Assembly: GCF_006345805.1 (NCBI RefSeq)
Contig: NC_043011.1
Coordinates: forward strand, 5,332,001 to 5,396,000
Reading direction: 5' to 3'
Origin: Octopus sinensis
Lineage: Eukaryota
DNA: 64,000 bases
The number at the start of each line of letters is the position of its first letter. Position 1 is the first letter of the stretch. The notes beneath the pieces were generated by a model. That model was not told where the DNA came from, ran no database searches, and was given only the letters and a program-made list of their open reading frames with translations. A program made the translations under genes and the position numbers. Of this stretch, positions 37,199-51,120 are shown piece after piece.

Positions 37199-37394
37199 AC
37201 ATACATACATACATACATACATACATACATACATACATACGTACGTACGTACGTACATACATACATACATAGATAAATACCTACATACATACGTACGTAC
37301 GTACGTGCGTACGTACATACATACATACATACATACGTACGTACATACATACATACATACATACATGCATACATACATATATACATTCATTCAT

Positions 37395-37457
<63 letters not shown>

Positions 37458-37535
37458 TACACACATACATACATACATACATACATACATACATACATAC
37501 ATACATACATACATACATACATACATACATACATG
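36947..37535. repeat. (ACAT)n/(ACGT)n satellite with 228-bp higher-order duplication
   Basis: Marker ATAGATAAAT at 37041 and 37269. Confidence 0.9.
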
Positions 37536-37559
37536 GTGGTTGTCTACTCTTTATGCAGA

Positions 37560-39370
37560 GTTTGACCACCTCTTGTACCCACACCTTAGAACCATCATGG
37601 CATCAGATATAACTTTTTAAACCAGACAATGTCTTGAAAGACCCCCACATAGATTGCATATCCGATTTGAACCACCAAGAGCTGCAACCAATGTCCTAGT
37701 TTTCTGCATTTAAGTTCTGATCTTTGTGGATCTTAAAATATCTTTTGTGGCCTCCGTTAGATTTTCAGACCTTCTGGCATACACGGCATTGAAAGGTGCG
37801 CACAGATATATAGACAGAATAGTTGGTGGATAGGGCGGTGAGCTGGCAGAACTGTTAACACGCCAGGCGAAATACTTAGCAGTACTTCGCCTGCCCCTAC
37901 GTTCTGAGTTCAAATTCCACCGAGGTCGACTTTGCCTTTCATCTTTTCGGGGTCGATTAAATAAGTATCAGTTACGCACTGAGGTCGATGTAATCGACTT
38001 AATCCCTTTGTCTGTCCTCGTTTGTCCCCTCTATGTTTAGCCCCCTGTGGGCAATAAAGAAATAAGAATAGTTGGTGGATGTTCGTTTTCCATGAGTTCG
38101 CAAATGAGATTTGAGCCCATCAAAAGAAAGACATGGTCTGTCACAAACTGTGCACAAAAAAGGGTCACTGTAATTCACCTTCTCGATCGTAACATTCTTC
38201 TTAAAATTTCTCTTGGGTCTTGCATGCGTTATCCTGGCCTCTTCAGAAGCTTTCACTCCACTCCTCGCCATGCAGCTCGATCCGAAGTAAGGGTTTCTAA
38301 GTCCTGTAGATCCATTCCAAGTGACTTCATAATAGTCCTTATGCCGTCCTTAAACCCTTTTTTAGGTTTACACTGATAATGTTTCCTCTCTACAAGCACA
38401 CCATGAAGCAGCTTTTTGGGCGTACGTTCATCCGCCATTTGAACAATATGGCCACACCATCACATTTGGATTTTCGAAATCAAAGTTCTAATTGAGGTGA
38501 TGCCTGCAAATGCAATGGCATCTGTGTTTGGAGTAAAAAACTTTATTTAATGTTTAAAATGCGATGAAGACATTTTTGGTGGAATTGTTCAAACAATTTG
38601 AAATGTCTTTCATATGTCCATGCTCCAGAAGAATACGACAGGGATGATAAAAGAAATGATTTGTAAAGAGCCAATTTTATATTGTTATTTATATATCGTT
38701 GGCACCAAACGCGTGACTCCCAGCCATCAAATGCTTGCGCTGCCCTTTGAATTCGCAGATGTATTTCTGTATCAAGATTTCCATCATCTTGAACAGAGTT
38801 TCCAAGGTAGATGAAAGAATCGACAACCTCCAGTAACTTACCCTTAACAAAAATTTTAGGGGGTTACAAACAGCACCACGTGCAGGTTGATACATTACAA
38901 CAGTTTTTTTCAAGTTGATGGTCAAGCCAAAACCATCGCAAGGTGAGTAAAATGCAGATACAAGAGATTGCAGACTTGTTTCAGAATGACTGACTAGATC
39001 GCAATCGTCAGCATATAAAAGTTCACTGATGAGTGAAGTAAAGACTTTTGTTTTGAATTTCTGTCTGATCAGATTAAAAATATTCCCCGTTGTTCGATAT
39101 TTTATGTAAATACCCTCCTCGGAGTTTTGAAAAGCCTGTGACAACACAATAGCAAAGTATATTGCAAAGAGGGTGGGTGCATCAAAGTCTCCTTGCTTTA
39201 CTCCATTTTCCACAGCGAACTGTTCAGAGAGCCTACCACCAATATTAACTCTAGCTTTCATATATTGATGCAAAGCCCTGATCGTGTTCACAAATTTTTC
39301 TGGGCAACCTATTTTCCTTATAATTAGCTACAGAACATTTCGATTAACAGTATCGAATACTGTACTCAAA
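37560..39370 (-). pseudogene. RTE-clade LINE remnant
   Basis: ORF 38689-39291 GVKQG..APTLFAIYF, ELLYADD, FGLTINLKKT; MADER.PKKLLHG, DRAAWR, CTVCDRPCLS..GLKSH. Confidence 0.9.
37833..38066 (+). mobile_element. SINE family B inserted in the RTE
   Basis: TSD AGAATAGTTGGTGGAT on both sides. Confidence 0.85.
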
Positions 39371-39720
39371 TCAACAAAGCAGTGGTATATGGCAAGATTC
39401 TGTTCAATGCACTTTTCTTGCAATTGTCTGATAGTAAAGATCCAATGGATATATATATATATATGTTGAGAAAAAAGTCGTCAGAATTTTGGAAAATAAC
39501 TTTTTATTCTTTCATTATTATTAGCGCTTTCGTTTCTTTTCGCGAATTTGTGTCAAATAAAATTTTGTGAATGTACAAACAACTTGTTCATTTATATAAA
39601 ACAGGTGTATTTTAGGGGTTTTGTTTCGAAGAGAACATTGTTTTTTGCGGGGAGGGGTAAGTTCCATGACAATGGAGACAGATAGATAGGCTGGTAGATA
39701 GATATCTAGATATATAGATT

Positions 39721-39770
<50 letters not shown>

Positions 39771-40172
39771 GGATTCTCTTCCTATTCACCATTTATTTAA
39801 TTATTTAGTCTTTTACGATTGTTTTGGAATGAGTTTAAGGAAGGTGACCTCTTCAAAAAGCAAAATCAGGTGTCGTGTGGTCATCACTGAAAGTCTTTTT
39901 GCTTTCTTTCTCTCTCTTCCCTTCTTTTTCTCTTTTAATCTTTCTTTTTTTTCTTTTTTGTCTCTCTTTTCTTTCCTTCTTTTTTCTCTTTTCCCCCTTT
40001 TCTCTTTCTTTTCTCTTCTTTCCTTCTTTTTTCCTTTTTCTTTCTTTGTCTCCTCTTTCAGTTGTATTTAGAATACAAAATGTATTGTCACCCGTTTTCT
40101 TCAAACATTCAATTTTGGAGAGAATCCCTTGATGAAATGTAGTTCCGCATGAAAAAAAATATTAATATAATG

Positions 40173-40344
40173 AATGGCTGCGTGGTAAGTAGCTTGCTTA
40201 CGAACCACATGGTTCTGGTTCAGTCCCACTGCGTGGAACCTTGGGCAAGTGTCTTCTACTATAGCCTCGGCCCGACCAAAACCTTGTGAGTGGATTTGGT
40301 AGACGGAAACTGAGAGAAGCCCGCCGTATATATGTATATATGTG

Positions 40345-40379
<35 letters not shown>

Positions 40380-40610
40380 TGTGTGTGTGTGTATGTTTGA
40401 GTGTCTGTGTTTGTCCCCCCAACATCGTTTGACAACCGATGTTGGTGTGTTTACGTCCCCGTAACTTAGCGGTTCGGCAAAAGAGACCGATAGAATAAGT
40501 GCTAGGCTTACAAAGAATAAGTCTTGGGGTCGATGTGCTCGACTAAAGGCGGTGCTCCAGCATGGCCACAGTCAAATGACTGAGACAAGTAAAAGAGTAA
40601 AAGAGTAAAT
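40173..40610 (+). mobile_element. SINE family A
   Basis: Match to A consensus; head slightly truncated. Confidence 0.85.
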
Positions 40611-40873
40611 TAAAAATTAAATAAATACAATTAATATTTATCTATCTATCTATCCATCTATCCATCCATCTATATCAATCTCTCTCTCTCTATATATATA
40701 TATATACGCAAAGCTAGAACATCCCAATGCTACACATATATATCCCTGAACATTAGTAGAGATGAGCCACATTTGGATTAAAAAATGCAAATTCTCCGCT
40801 TTACCTTGAAACATTCAATTTTGGAGAGAATCCCTTGATGAAGTGTGTGTGTGTGTGCGTGTGTGTGTGTGTG

Positions 40874-40934
<61 letters not shown>

Positions 40935-40954
40935 GTGTGTGTCTTTGGGAACAT

Positions 40955-41224
40955 GTCCAGATACCAGGAAACCCCAAAATAGCAGAACTTCAAAAGATAG
41001 TGCTCATGGGAACTGCCCATATCCTATGTAAAATACTGTCTATGTAATCTCAAATTTTAAAACAAGCTTATAATTTTCTTATGTTTTCTTAATTATACTA
41101 TGTGTAAAACCAAAAATATGGTACCCTAGTCATAACACCAACATGAACTTCTAACTTGTTTCTTGAGGTCTCTAGGTGAGACTTGGAGTCAACTTGTACA
41201 AATACAAAGCAAAAGTCAAACATA
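40955..41224 (+). mobile_element. Severely 5'-truncated R4/Dong copy
   Basis: QIPGNPKIAELQKIVLMGTAHILCKILSM* matches end of ORF 18955-20070; same 3' UTR end; (GAT)n(AAT)n tail. Confidence 0.9.
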
Positions 41225-41241
41225 TGATGATGATGATGATG

Positions 41242-41320
<79 letters not shown>

Positions 41321-41322
<2 letters not shown>

Positions 41323-43800
41323 TGATTTCATTCATTTGCCACCAGGGCGAAGGCTGAGTGAGACAATACAAAACAAACATAAAGTGTGGGAGGGTTACAT
41401 ATAATGAAAGGATAAAATAAATAAATAAACAAAAAAGATATAAGTATGCATAATATACAAGGAAAAGGTGGGGGTGGGGAATATGCATATACAGCGGTGG
41501 TGCCCTAGTATGGCCGTGGCCTTCGGGCTAAAACATTTTAAAGGATTTTTAAGGATTTTAAGGAATATACAAAGATAACAAAAAGAAAAAAAGCGGCGGA
41601 TGTTAGAAATGTAGTGCTCCTGATACATGATAATCTAAGATCTGCAGGATCTCTGGAGATAATCTAGGATCTCTAGGACCTGTTGGGATAATCGAGGTAC
41701 TCCATTGTCCGAGACCTCCTTGAATATCAAGGGCAAGTGTCCTCTCCAGTTCCCTTTCTTCGACTCACAGGTTTACCCGTAGAAAGGTACCTTCCACTCT
41801 TGCCATTTTCGTAACTTTCGTGGAGGCGCAATGGCCCAGTGGTTAGGGCAGCGGACTCGCGGTCGTAGGATCGCGGTTTCGATTCCCAGACTGGGCGTTG
41901 TGAGTGTTTATTGAGCGAAAACACCTAAAGCTCCACGAGGCTCCGGCAGGGGATGGTGGTGATCCCTGCTGTACTCTTTCACCACAACTTTCTCTCACTC
42001 TTACTTCCTGTTTCTGTTGTACCTGTATTTCAAAGGGTCGGCCTTGTCACTCTCTGTGTCAAGCTGAATATCCCCGAGAACTACGTTAAGGGTGCATGTG
42101 TCTGTGGAGTGCTCAGCCACTTACACGTTAATTTCACGAGCAGGCTGTTCCGTTGATCGGATCAACCGGAACCCTCGTCGTCGTAACCGACGGAGTGCTT
42201 CCTTCCTTTTCCTAACTTTCACCCAGCTTTCAATAAACCCACCCGAGGACAGCACTTCCCTCTCCACTCTCAGTTTCCTTTTCAAGTGAAACTTGAAGAA
42301 GTCAATGAGACGGCTACCAAAGAGAAATGCAGCTATCCTCATGCCCTTCAGCTTCGTCCACCAGACAACCACTTTCGCCACAGCCACCGGACAAAAGAAA
42401 ACTGCCTTGCCTGTCCGATTAAAGGAAGACGGCGGAGTAATCATCACTATGAACGCGACTGATAGACGGATACGTCCCACACATGACAGCAGCTGTTCGA
42501 CATTACCCGACAAGTCAGCAATACCCGGACACTGAACGAATGCATCGTGCAGAACGGTTTCGTCACTCTGCGCGCATCTCCGTCAATCCCGTCTGACAGC
42601 ACATCCGTTCCTATAGCCAGGCAAACGACATCTGGAAATTATCATGATAGTTCCCGACCGGAAAGTACTCCGGAACAGACTGGCCAGTTCGTTTTTGTCG
42701 ACGTCTAGAGTCTCTTCGAGAACGTCGTCGCACTTCCCCGTCACTAATCCTCTATAAATTCCTAAAGAGGAACATCCGACGATCCCATTGCCAGACTAGT
42801 AGAGGGATATGAGTTCCTGAGGACATTCTGGGTGCCAGGCACCCAGTCTTGGTTTTTTCCTCACCCAGGACCGCAGATCTGTCAAGAAGACGAGCTGTGG
42901 AAAGACGTGCTTCACAAACGGAGCCCACACACGCTCGCCATCCAGAAATCGTTGCAGGTGGGGCAAGCTAAAAGTGTGTCGTGTCTGCACATTAGAAGCC
43001 ACGGCATACCTAATTCGCCATTTAGAAGGTGCTGACAAGAAACTGACCGCCTGACCATCGGAACGCGTCTGTTCCACAATAATTTAAATAAGAAAAAGCG
43101 GCAGCAGGCAGCTCTGACGGGCCGAGCGTGCGATGTTAAATGGTTCTGTTAGGTGGCCATTTACTTTGAAAACTGAGGTTGTGCTACTGTGCATTGCAGC
43201 GATCCAGCCTCTGAAAACGGGTCCGAAACTGTCTGCTTTGAGGACGGCTGGGATCAAAGCAGGCTTCGAGGGTGCTCTGATCACTTTGTATCGATCTAAA
43301 GTATTCGATTGGGTCGACCAGTGCTACTTGGAAGTGATGATGTATCGCATAAGGTGGAGGTTGTCGTAGCTGGATCTGTTCAGGATTGCGCACATTTGCG
43401 CTTCCCTGACCAGGGCACCGACAACAAGCGCCAACCTTTTCGCCAACACCTTGGTCAAAATCTTAAACACTGTGTTTAGTAGAGTTATGGGCCGAAAATT
43501 CCATAGTGGGTCTCCATTGTCGGCGTCCTTTCTCAGCAGTGTCACCACACCCCAGATGACAGCGCTAGGAATTCTCCCGTTCTGTTATCAGTTGCGGTAG
43601 ACGTCTGACAAGAGGTTGCCAAACAAATCTGGCATGAATACATAGAATTCATAGGGCAGGCTATCCAAACCGGACGATTTGCGACTTGTTCAATCGTTCA
43701 TCACCTCCGAATTTCAGCGGCTGTTATCGGCTTTTTACACAAACTCGCGTTAGCTGGCGAAAGCCGCGGCATGCAATCCAGGTACGAACTAAAGTCCACC
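41321..43800 (-). pseudogene. L1/Tx1-clade LINE remnant (RT plus C-terminal zinc-binding region)
   Basis: NFRPITLLNTVFKILTKVLAKRL, S.RQSCLLPLFL, VEQLLS..VAKVVVW; (TTA)n tail on minus strand at 41240-41320. Confidence 0.8.
41820..42200 (+). mobile_element. SINE family C inserted in the Tx1 element
   Basis: Full copy; flanking TAACTTTC on both sides. Confidence 0.9.
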
Positions 43801-44169
43801 ATCGTCGTCGACCCTTCGATCCAACCCATGACTGAATCAAGTAAAAGGATAAAAGAATAAAAGAACATGATATATCATCTCACCAATGTAATACGGATGT
43901 AACGATGTATGGAAACAATTGTAGTGATGTGAAATAAAGAATATCTTTCAATCCATTCTTTCTTATTCATCTCTTTATAAATACGGAATTTGAGCTCAGG
44001 ACGTAAAGGCCGACGAAATGACGGTTAGCATTTTACCCGGTGAGGTAACGATTACCCGGTGAGGTAACGTCACCTTTTTAAACTGATTCCTGTTCCTTTC
44101 AACTATTGGCACAAGGCCTTATATTTTTAGGGAAGCGAGTTCCTTTCAACTAGGCTTTATATTTTTAGG

Positions 44170-44505
44170 GAAGGAAGTAAGTTGATTACATCGATTCCAG
44201 TGCTGAACAGGTATTTATTTTATCGATCTCGAAATAATGAAAGGTAAGGTCGACCGCGGCGGAATTCGAATTCAGAACGTAAAGCCGGATGAAATGCTGT
44301 TAAGCATTTTGACCGGCGCGGTAATGATTCTGCCAATTCGCTGTCTTTTGGTTTTTCATTGATTCGTACTCTTTTACTTGTTTCAGTCATTTGACTGCGG
44401 CCATGCTGGAGCACCGCCTTTTAATCGAGCAACTCGACCCCGGGACTTATTCTTTTGTAAGCCCAGTACTTATTCTATCTGTCTCTTTTGCCGAACCGCT
44501 AAGTA
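44170..44505 (-). mobile_element. Diverged SINE B plus 3' part of SINE A
   Basis: Reverse complements of consensus segments. Confidence 0.65.
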
Positions 44506-44790
44506 ACTATATGCTTGAAGCTTGACAAGTAATAGGCGGTGTTTTACCGAGTCAAAAGCTTTGGCAAAGTCCAATAAAACGATGTCAACAGCATCACCAT
44601 CATCCAGGATACGCGTCACCAATTCTTCCATTACCAGTAAGTTGGTCAAGCATGATCTCTTCGGCACGAAGCCGTGTTGGGAATCAGAGATAGAGTCTGT
44701 GTTTTGGAGGTGGAGTAACATACTTTTCTTAAGGATGGTTTCGAACATCTTGCTGATTATTGAAGTAAGGGAAACCGGTCGGATTGAAGT
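44506..44790 (-). pseudogene. CR1/L2-group RT fragment
   Basis: QHGFVPKRSCLTNLL, VDIVLLDFAKAFDSV.H. Confidence 0.85.
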
Positions 44791-45595
44791 TTATTCATAT
44801 TTCTTAAATACAAAGGTTTTATACTGCTGTAAGTCGGCCTGTTAATTTTTATTTTATAAAATAACACTCTGATTCATGGAGCATAGTATCAGTATGTTTT
44901 AGAAGTATAAACAAAGTCACACGTGAAATATTGAAAGACTAAATTGTTTTCTACTCTATCGGTATTTCAACTCACGTTCAGACATGACTTTTTGATAATA
45001 TGATTTTTGAAGTGAGGAATTTTAATAACCACACTATTCCAAATGTGAAATATAATTGCATTCCAGTATTGTTATAGGTACTGGCAAAACGCATTAAATA
45101 AAGATGTTTTGATATGAATAAATATAAAGCTAAATGTGAAACAACGAAAGAATAAATTAATTTCTATCTTCCATAGTATTTGGAATCACGTGTTCAATTT
45201 TGGAGATATGGTTTTGTTTTTGTAAGTATGGAATTCTAATGACCTATTTAAATCTCAGACTAGCTTCTGCGCAATATTTTCGGCCCAACTTCATTTTAGA
45301 AGCTCAGAACATTTGATTGTTGTGTCTGTGCAAAATACAACGATGATGCATCTTGGAATTTAATGCAAACTGGATGGTATTTTTAGTGAGGCTGCAGTCT
45401 CGTATCCTCTGAGCATGATTAGGAGCTTCTTTGCAATCTTTTCTCAAGTCTATTCATCATCCAACAATCAGTAATTTTGGAATTATCACTGTGAGAGCCT
45501 GACAGAAACACACACAAAAAAGCCACCAAATCTCCGAGTTTACATTTACCATATACCTTACCGCAACTAATAACATCGAAAAAATACCTTAGAAA

Positions 45596-47932
45596 TTAGA
45601 CCGACTTGCTGGCAGCGACGTTGGTTTTGAACCAATTCTTCAACACCAAGCATGAAGGTTGCATTGTCAGAGCTAGCGCGCGTGCTCTAAAGCAGGAGGG
45701 AACGAAAGCCGTTCGATGGGCCCGGGTGGCCGGGGCGCAACGTGGTAATAATTCAGCCTTTGAGGGGTCAGGACGGGGACATGCTACACGAGTCGAAGCA
45801 GATTTGAGTGGAATTTCAGTGGCGCATTGCTGAACTGTACGGAGCACGCGGTGGCCCGGAGGTGGAGGTGAACTTCACTTCCTACCTTGATAGTATGCCG
45901 CGGCTTTCGGTCAGGGACGTGAAGTTCTGCGAAATGCCGATAACAGCTGAAGATATACGTGACGCGTTAACTAGTTACACGAGGGACAGGTCTCCGAGAC
46001 TGGATGGTCTGCCCTTCGAGCTTTATATACATATGCCAGACTTGTTTGGTGAGCTTTTGAGAAACGCCAACCACAACTGGCAACAAAATAGGAAAATACC
46101 CGGATCTGTGAGCCGAGGTGTGGTAACGCTACTGAGAAAGGATCTGAAAAGGGAGGTCATTGTTGATAACTTTAGGCCAGTAAATCTGCTAAATACAGAT
46201 TACAAAATTTTGGCCAATGTGTTAGCAAAGAGGTTGGCACTTGTTGAGAGACTTGATAGGTGATGCGCAGGCTTGTGCTACCCCCAGCAGAACTATACAC
46301 GACAACCTCCACCGCATGCAATACATCATAGAGAGGTTTGGTAAAGAACTTGGCATGGATGGGGTCCTGATCCATTTGAATCCATCGAAATCTTTTGAAA
46401 GCATCGACAATCTGTACTTGAAGGCTGTCCCTAAGGTAATACGAAGCGGTAACAGGAGCAATGATCAACCAGGAGATGTCAGTGGGCCTGCAGCTCGGCA
46501 CCTAGGGAGGCAGGCCCATGCCAACCGAGAGTGTGGTGGGGTGCTGGACGGACGTTCCTGTTAAGTTACTCGGGATCTTGTTCAGTCCGGATCTCCAAGT
46601 AGACAAGAACTGGGGAGAGCTGACAGATAGGGTGGCCAGTTTCACCCAGAAATGGGTTGAGAGGAAGCTGTCCCTACAATGTCGGACGGAGGTGACGAAA
46701 ACGTACATTGCATCCGTCATATACTACCACTTGACTGTTGTCCCTTTCCCCGCTTCATGACTGAACGGGCTGGTGCGTTTGCTCTTCCGCTTCCTGTGGA
46801 AGGGATAGGTACCATTTGTCAGACGGTCCATTTACTGTCAGAACCCGTTGCATGGAGGACTGAGCATGTCATGGCTGAAGCTGCGCAGACATGCGCTGAC
46901 GCTGTGACATCTCCAGCGATACCTTAACGGTGAGCAGGTGTGGTTACCGTTTGTTGAACGCGCTTTTCTGCAGCTTGTCTCCTTGACGGAACTACAGTCC
47001 TGGATCAGGCGTAGACCGAGACAGGGCGCTTGTCACCTAGAGTGTCTCTAAGCGCTTACACTCCTCGGCCAGTCGAACAATGCGGGGAATTAATGGAGAG
47101 CAAGAGCGACGACATACTCGGAGAGGTCCTGGGTGTCGAGGGGGATTAGCTGGACGGTCTCTTCTAGAGGACTTTCAGTCAGGGAACTATGGATAGCTTC
47201 CAGAAGGCCCTAGCCCGGCAGTGCTACCGGGGAGGAGTTGCTGGCTCGTGATAAGCTTTACAGACACGGGTGTGCAGTCAGTCGGGCTCGTCCGAGATGC
47301 ATGCAGAGCGATGAAACCGTTTTGCATGCTCTCGTACAGTGTCCACGCATTGCTGTCTTGTGGAGCTTTGTTGAACAGCTATTGTCACGTGTAGGACGGA
47401 TCCGGCTATCATCCGAGTCCATTGTGAAGATCGCCCCGCCTCCTTCCTTTGGCCGGGAAGGGAGGACAATTTTCCTGTCTGGTGGCTATGGCAAAAGAGG
47501 TTGTGTGGCGGACTCGATTGAAAGGGTTGAAGTCGGGCACCTACCTCTTTGGCCAAGGCCTCATTGACTTTTTCAAGTTCCACATGAAAAGGAAAGTGAT
47601 GCTAGAGAGGGAGGCACTGTCACCTAGTAAGTTCGTTGAAAGGTGGGTGAATGTGGAAAGAATGGTCCACGTGAATTGACCTGCTCTAACTGTGCGCTTG
47701 TAAGCTGGATGGAAGGAGATGTTGTTGTTGTTAAGGGGTCTAAAAATGCGTGAGGTCTCTTTGGTCACCTTACAGTGGACACCCCCCCCCCTAATGGGGA
47801 AGCATATTGTTGATTTAATCTCTTTGTTAACTGTTGTGTTTGCTGGTTGTTTGAACGTTTAACTTCGCTGTCCCTCGTCTGTGTATCGTCCTCTATGTTT
47901 TATGTTCGGTCCTGATGGCCAATAAAGAAAAC

Positions 47933-47935
<3 letters not shown>
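45596..47935 (+). pseudogene. L1/Tx1-clade LINE ORF2 remnant with 3' end
   Basis: SPRLDGLPFELY, NFRPVNLLNTDYKILA.VLA.RL, ETVLHALVQCP, AMAKEVVW; AATAAA at 47921 then (TTA)n. Confidence 0.85.
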
Positions 47936-47981
<46 letters not shown>

Positions 47982-49086
47982 TATTATCCATAATATCAAT
48001 ACGCTAACATTTTGTTTTTGTACGTACCTGATGTGTGTGTCACACTTAATTCAAAGAATTGGCAAAGCGAGAGAGGGGAGGACAGAGAGGAAGTAAGAGA
48101 GAAAGAGAGAGAGTGAGTGAGTGAGTGAGTGAGAGAGAGAGAGTAAGAGAGAGAGAAAAAGAGAGTGAGAGAGTGAGAGAGAAAGAGAGAGAGTGAAAGA
48201 GACAGTGTGTAGTGATGAGACAGTGAATGGTGATGGCGTTCGTTGCGTGTTTTTAAATGTTTATCACATCGCAAGAGAAGTAGATACATAGATACATATA
48301 CACATTGTTAAATCAAAAGCAGGAGAGAATAGGGACACAAAGGAAGTGAAAGAGAGACAGTAGATACACAAATCCAAAGAAAAGTTCATACATAGATACA
48401 TAGACACAGCAAATATTGGATGTCAATTTCACTTTTCATTACCACACGAGAATAAAATTAATTTACAAATAGCTGAGTACTCCACAGACATGCATAACAT
48501 TAACGTAGTTCTCAGGAAGATTCAAGCTCAGAATATGACAAGGCAGAATATAATAGCTACAACTCGAGACATATATATATGAAAGTATTTGTGCGTGTGT
48601 GTATAATTTAGGTTAGTTAAAACACGTTTGCAATAATAAGTGTCGCGTGGTAAAAATAAACGCAATTACCAAACTTTCATGCATAAATTCATTTATTATT
48701 TCGTTCTTTTGCATTTCAATTTTTACATTTGTACTCCTTATTATGTACAAGCACATATGTAAAATGACGTCTTTTATTTTTTAATCATTACCTGCTGATA
48801 TAGGAGGGACAGAGAGGGAGTGAGAGAGAGTGTGAGAGAGAGGAAGAGATAGAGAGAGAGAGAGAGGAGTGAGTGGTGACTCAAAGGAAGGTGGTGTTTG
48901 TTTTGTGTTTTCAACTACAGCAAATATTGGATACTGTATCTTAAACAAAAATTGTCTAATACATTCGTGTATGTTTTTTCAATTGAAACACTGAATCATT
49001 TCAGACATTTATTGTTTTAATAGCAAGAGAAAAGCTGAGAGAGAAAGAGAGGGAGTGAGAGAGAAAGAGTGGCAAAGCAACCGATA

Positions 49087-49120
<34 letters not shown>

Positions 49121-49419
49121 TTAAAATTTTGTTGTGGACTATCTGACACGCACTGTCTATCTGTCTGTCTCTCTCTCTCTAGGTATGTGTTTGTGTATGA
49201 GTATGCATGTATGTGTATGTTTGTATATATATATGATTGTGCTTGTTACCGTTTTGAATTCCTTAAACAGCTATTAAAGACCCACACGCACACACACAGA
49301 CACACACACACATTTGTTCTAACCCATTTCAACTGCAACCATACACCAGATAACGTGGTAAGTATTTTATTCCAAAATTTAAATTTTGAATTTGTTTTCA
49401 TTAGAAAATTACACCTCAG

Positions 49420-50450
49420 CTAAAAAAACATCAGTTTGACAAAGGGCAAAACTATTCACAGCATCTTTAAGTTACCGGTGCCACTTACAGAAAATAGTGT
49501 TTGCAACGTACCACCAGATTCAGAACATGCTATCGAACTTAGATGCATACAAGTTTTTATAGTAGATGAAGCATCAATGATTCCCAGTTATGCTTTAAAT
49601 ACCATAAATAGATGCCTAAAAGACATAATGGGAAACGATGCAGTCTTTGGAGGAAAAATAATTCTTCCAATTGTTCCCTGAGCTCCTCCAGCAGCTATCA
49701 TTGATGCATGCATTAAAAGATCACATTTATGGCATCATTTTCATCAACTCAGGTTAACTCAAAATATGAGGGTAGATGTTAAGGAACAAGAATTTTCTAA
49801 GTGGCTACTTTTACTTGGCAATGGTTCCCTAAACAGTGTTCTTCAAGATGTTCCACTACATACTTTTGACGTACCTACCTTTTCCTGCTATCAAACATCA
49901 CTTGTTCCAAAACTTTTCAACAAATGCACGCCAGAAGAAATGGAAAAACGAGTAATTTTATCTCCTAAAAATTCTGACTGTCTTGCAATAAATTAAAAAG
50001 CTCTTAATATTATACCAGAGACAATTAAAAACATACTTAAGCACAGATTCAGTGTTCTGCAATAATGAAGAGGACTTCAGAACTATCCATTTGAATTCAT
50101 AAACTCACTCACTCCATCCGGTCTGCCTCCTCATCGCCTCAACTTAAAGCTATTGTAATGCCGCTACGAAATATTTCGACCAGTCAAGGATTATGTAATA
50201 GAACTCGCATGAAAGTGCAAAGACTTCATGAACATTCTGTAGAGGCATCATTGGTAACAGGCTCCAACAGAGGTCGTACAGTTCTAAATCCCAGAATTAA
50301 ACTTAGCCCAAGTTCCATTCACACTAAACAGACTTCAGTTTCCACTCCGACTTGCATATTCAATGACAATTAATAAGGCTCATGGGCAAACATCTGAAAA
50401 AGTTGGCATGCATTTGCCTCAACTGGTATTTTCTCATGGTCAATTATATA
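49420..50450 (+). pseudogene. Helitron PIF1-like helicase fragment
   Basis: GKTIHSIFKLPV, IVDEASM, FGGKII, QNMR, R.ILSPKN, GLCN.TR, AHGQT. Confidence 0.85.
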
Positions 50451-50929
50451 TATAATAATTAACATCTTAATATAGTTTATAACAGCTTCACCCTTCTCCT
50501 TGATTAATAGAAAATTTATCGTTTGTCCCTGCATGTTTTATAGTATCTTTGTAGACACTTTATTATATTAATAATGAAAACAAGTGACACTTAAAAGCGA
50601 AAGAATTATTGTTGTTGTTGCTGATGATGTTGTCTTCTTCTTCTTCCAATCAGGATTCACGCCATTAGCCACAAAGAATAATCTCTAATTCGAGCCTACT
50701 CTAAGCTACAAAGAATGCGTGTGGCAACTTTAAGATCCACCCACCACACGCGATAGACTGGCGGTTGCACGGGCGCGAAAGCTACGTTGTTATCCTCATT
50801 CCGTAAACGGTGGCTTTTAACGAGTGGAGAGCTGAACCATCCTGGGGTACAGAGGATTCGCAATCTAGACTAGGGTCTGAAAGTTAGGCACACCATAGTG
50901 GGTTACACCATGGTTCCTCTGCTTTGTGG

Positions 50930-51120
50930 CAGAAGTAGGAAGAAAGAGTGAGAGAAAGTTGTGAAAGGGTACAGTGAGGTTCACCCACCCCCTGCCGGTG
51001 CCTCGTGGAGCTTAGGTGTTTTTGCTCAATAAACACTCACAATGCCCAGTCTGGGAATCGAAACCGCGTTCTTACGACCGCGAGTCCGCTGCCCTAACCA
51101 CTGGGCCATTGCGCCTCCAC
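50930..51120 (-). mobile_element. SINE family C 5' half
   Basis: Reverse complement of C head. Confidence 0.8.

Noticed and set aside
39853-40132. Lys/Arg/Glu-rich and Phe/Leu/Ser-rich ORFs
   Set aside because: Low-complexity CT-rich tract
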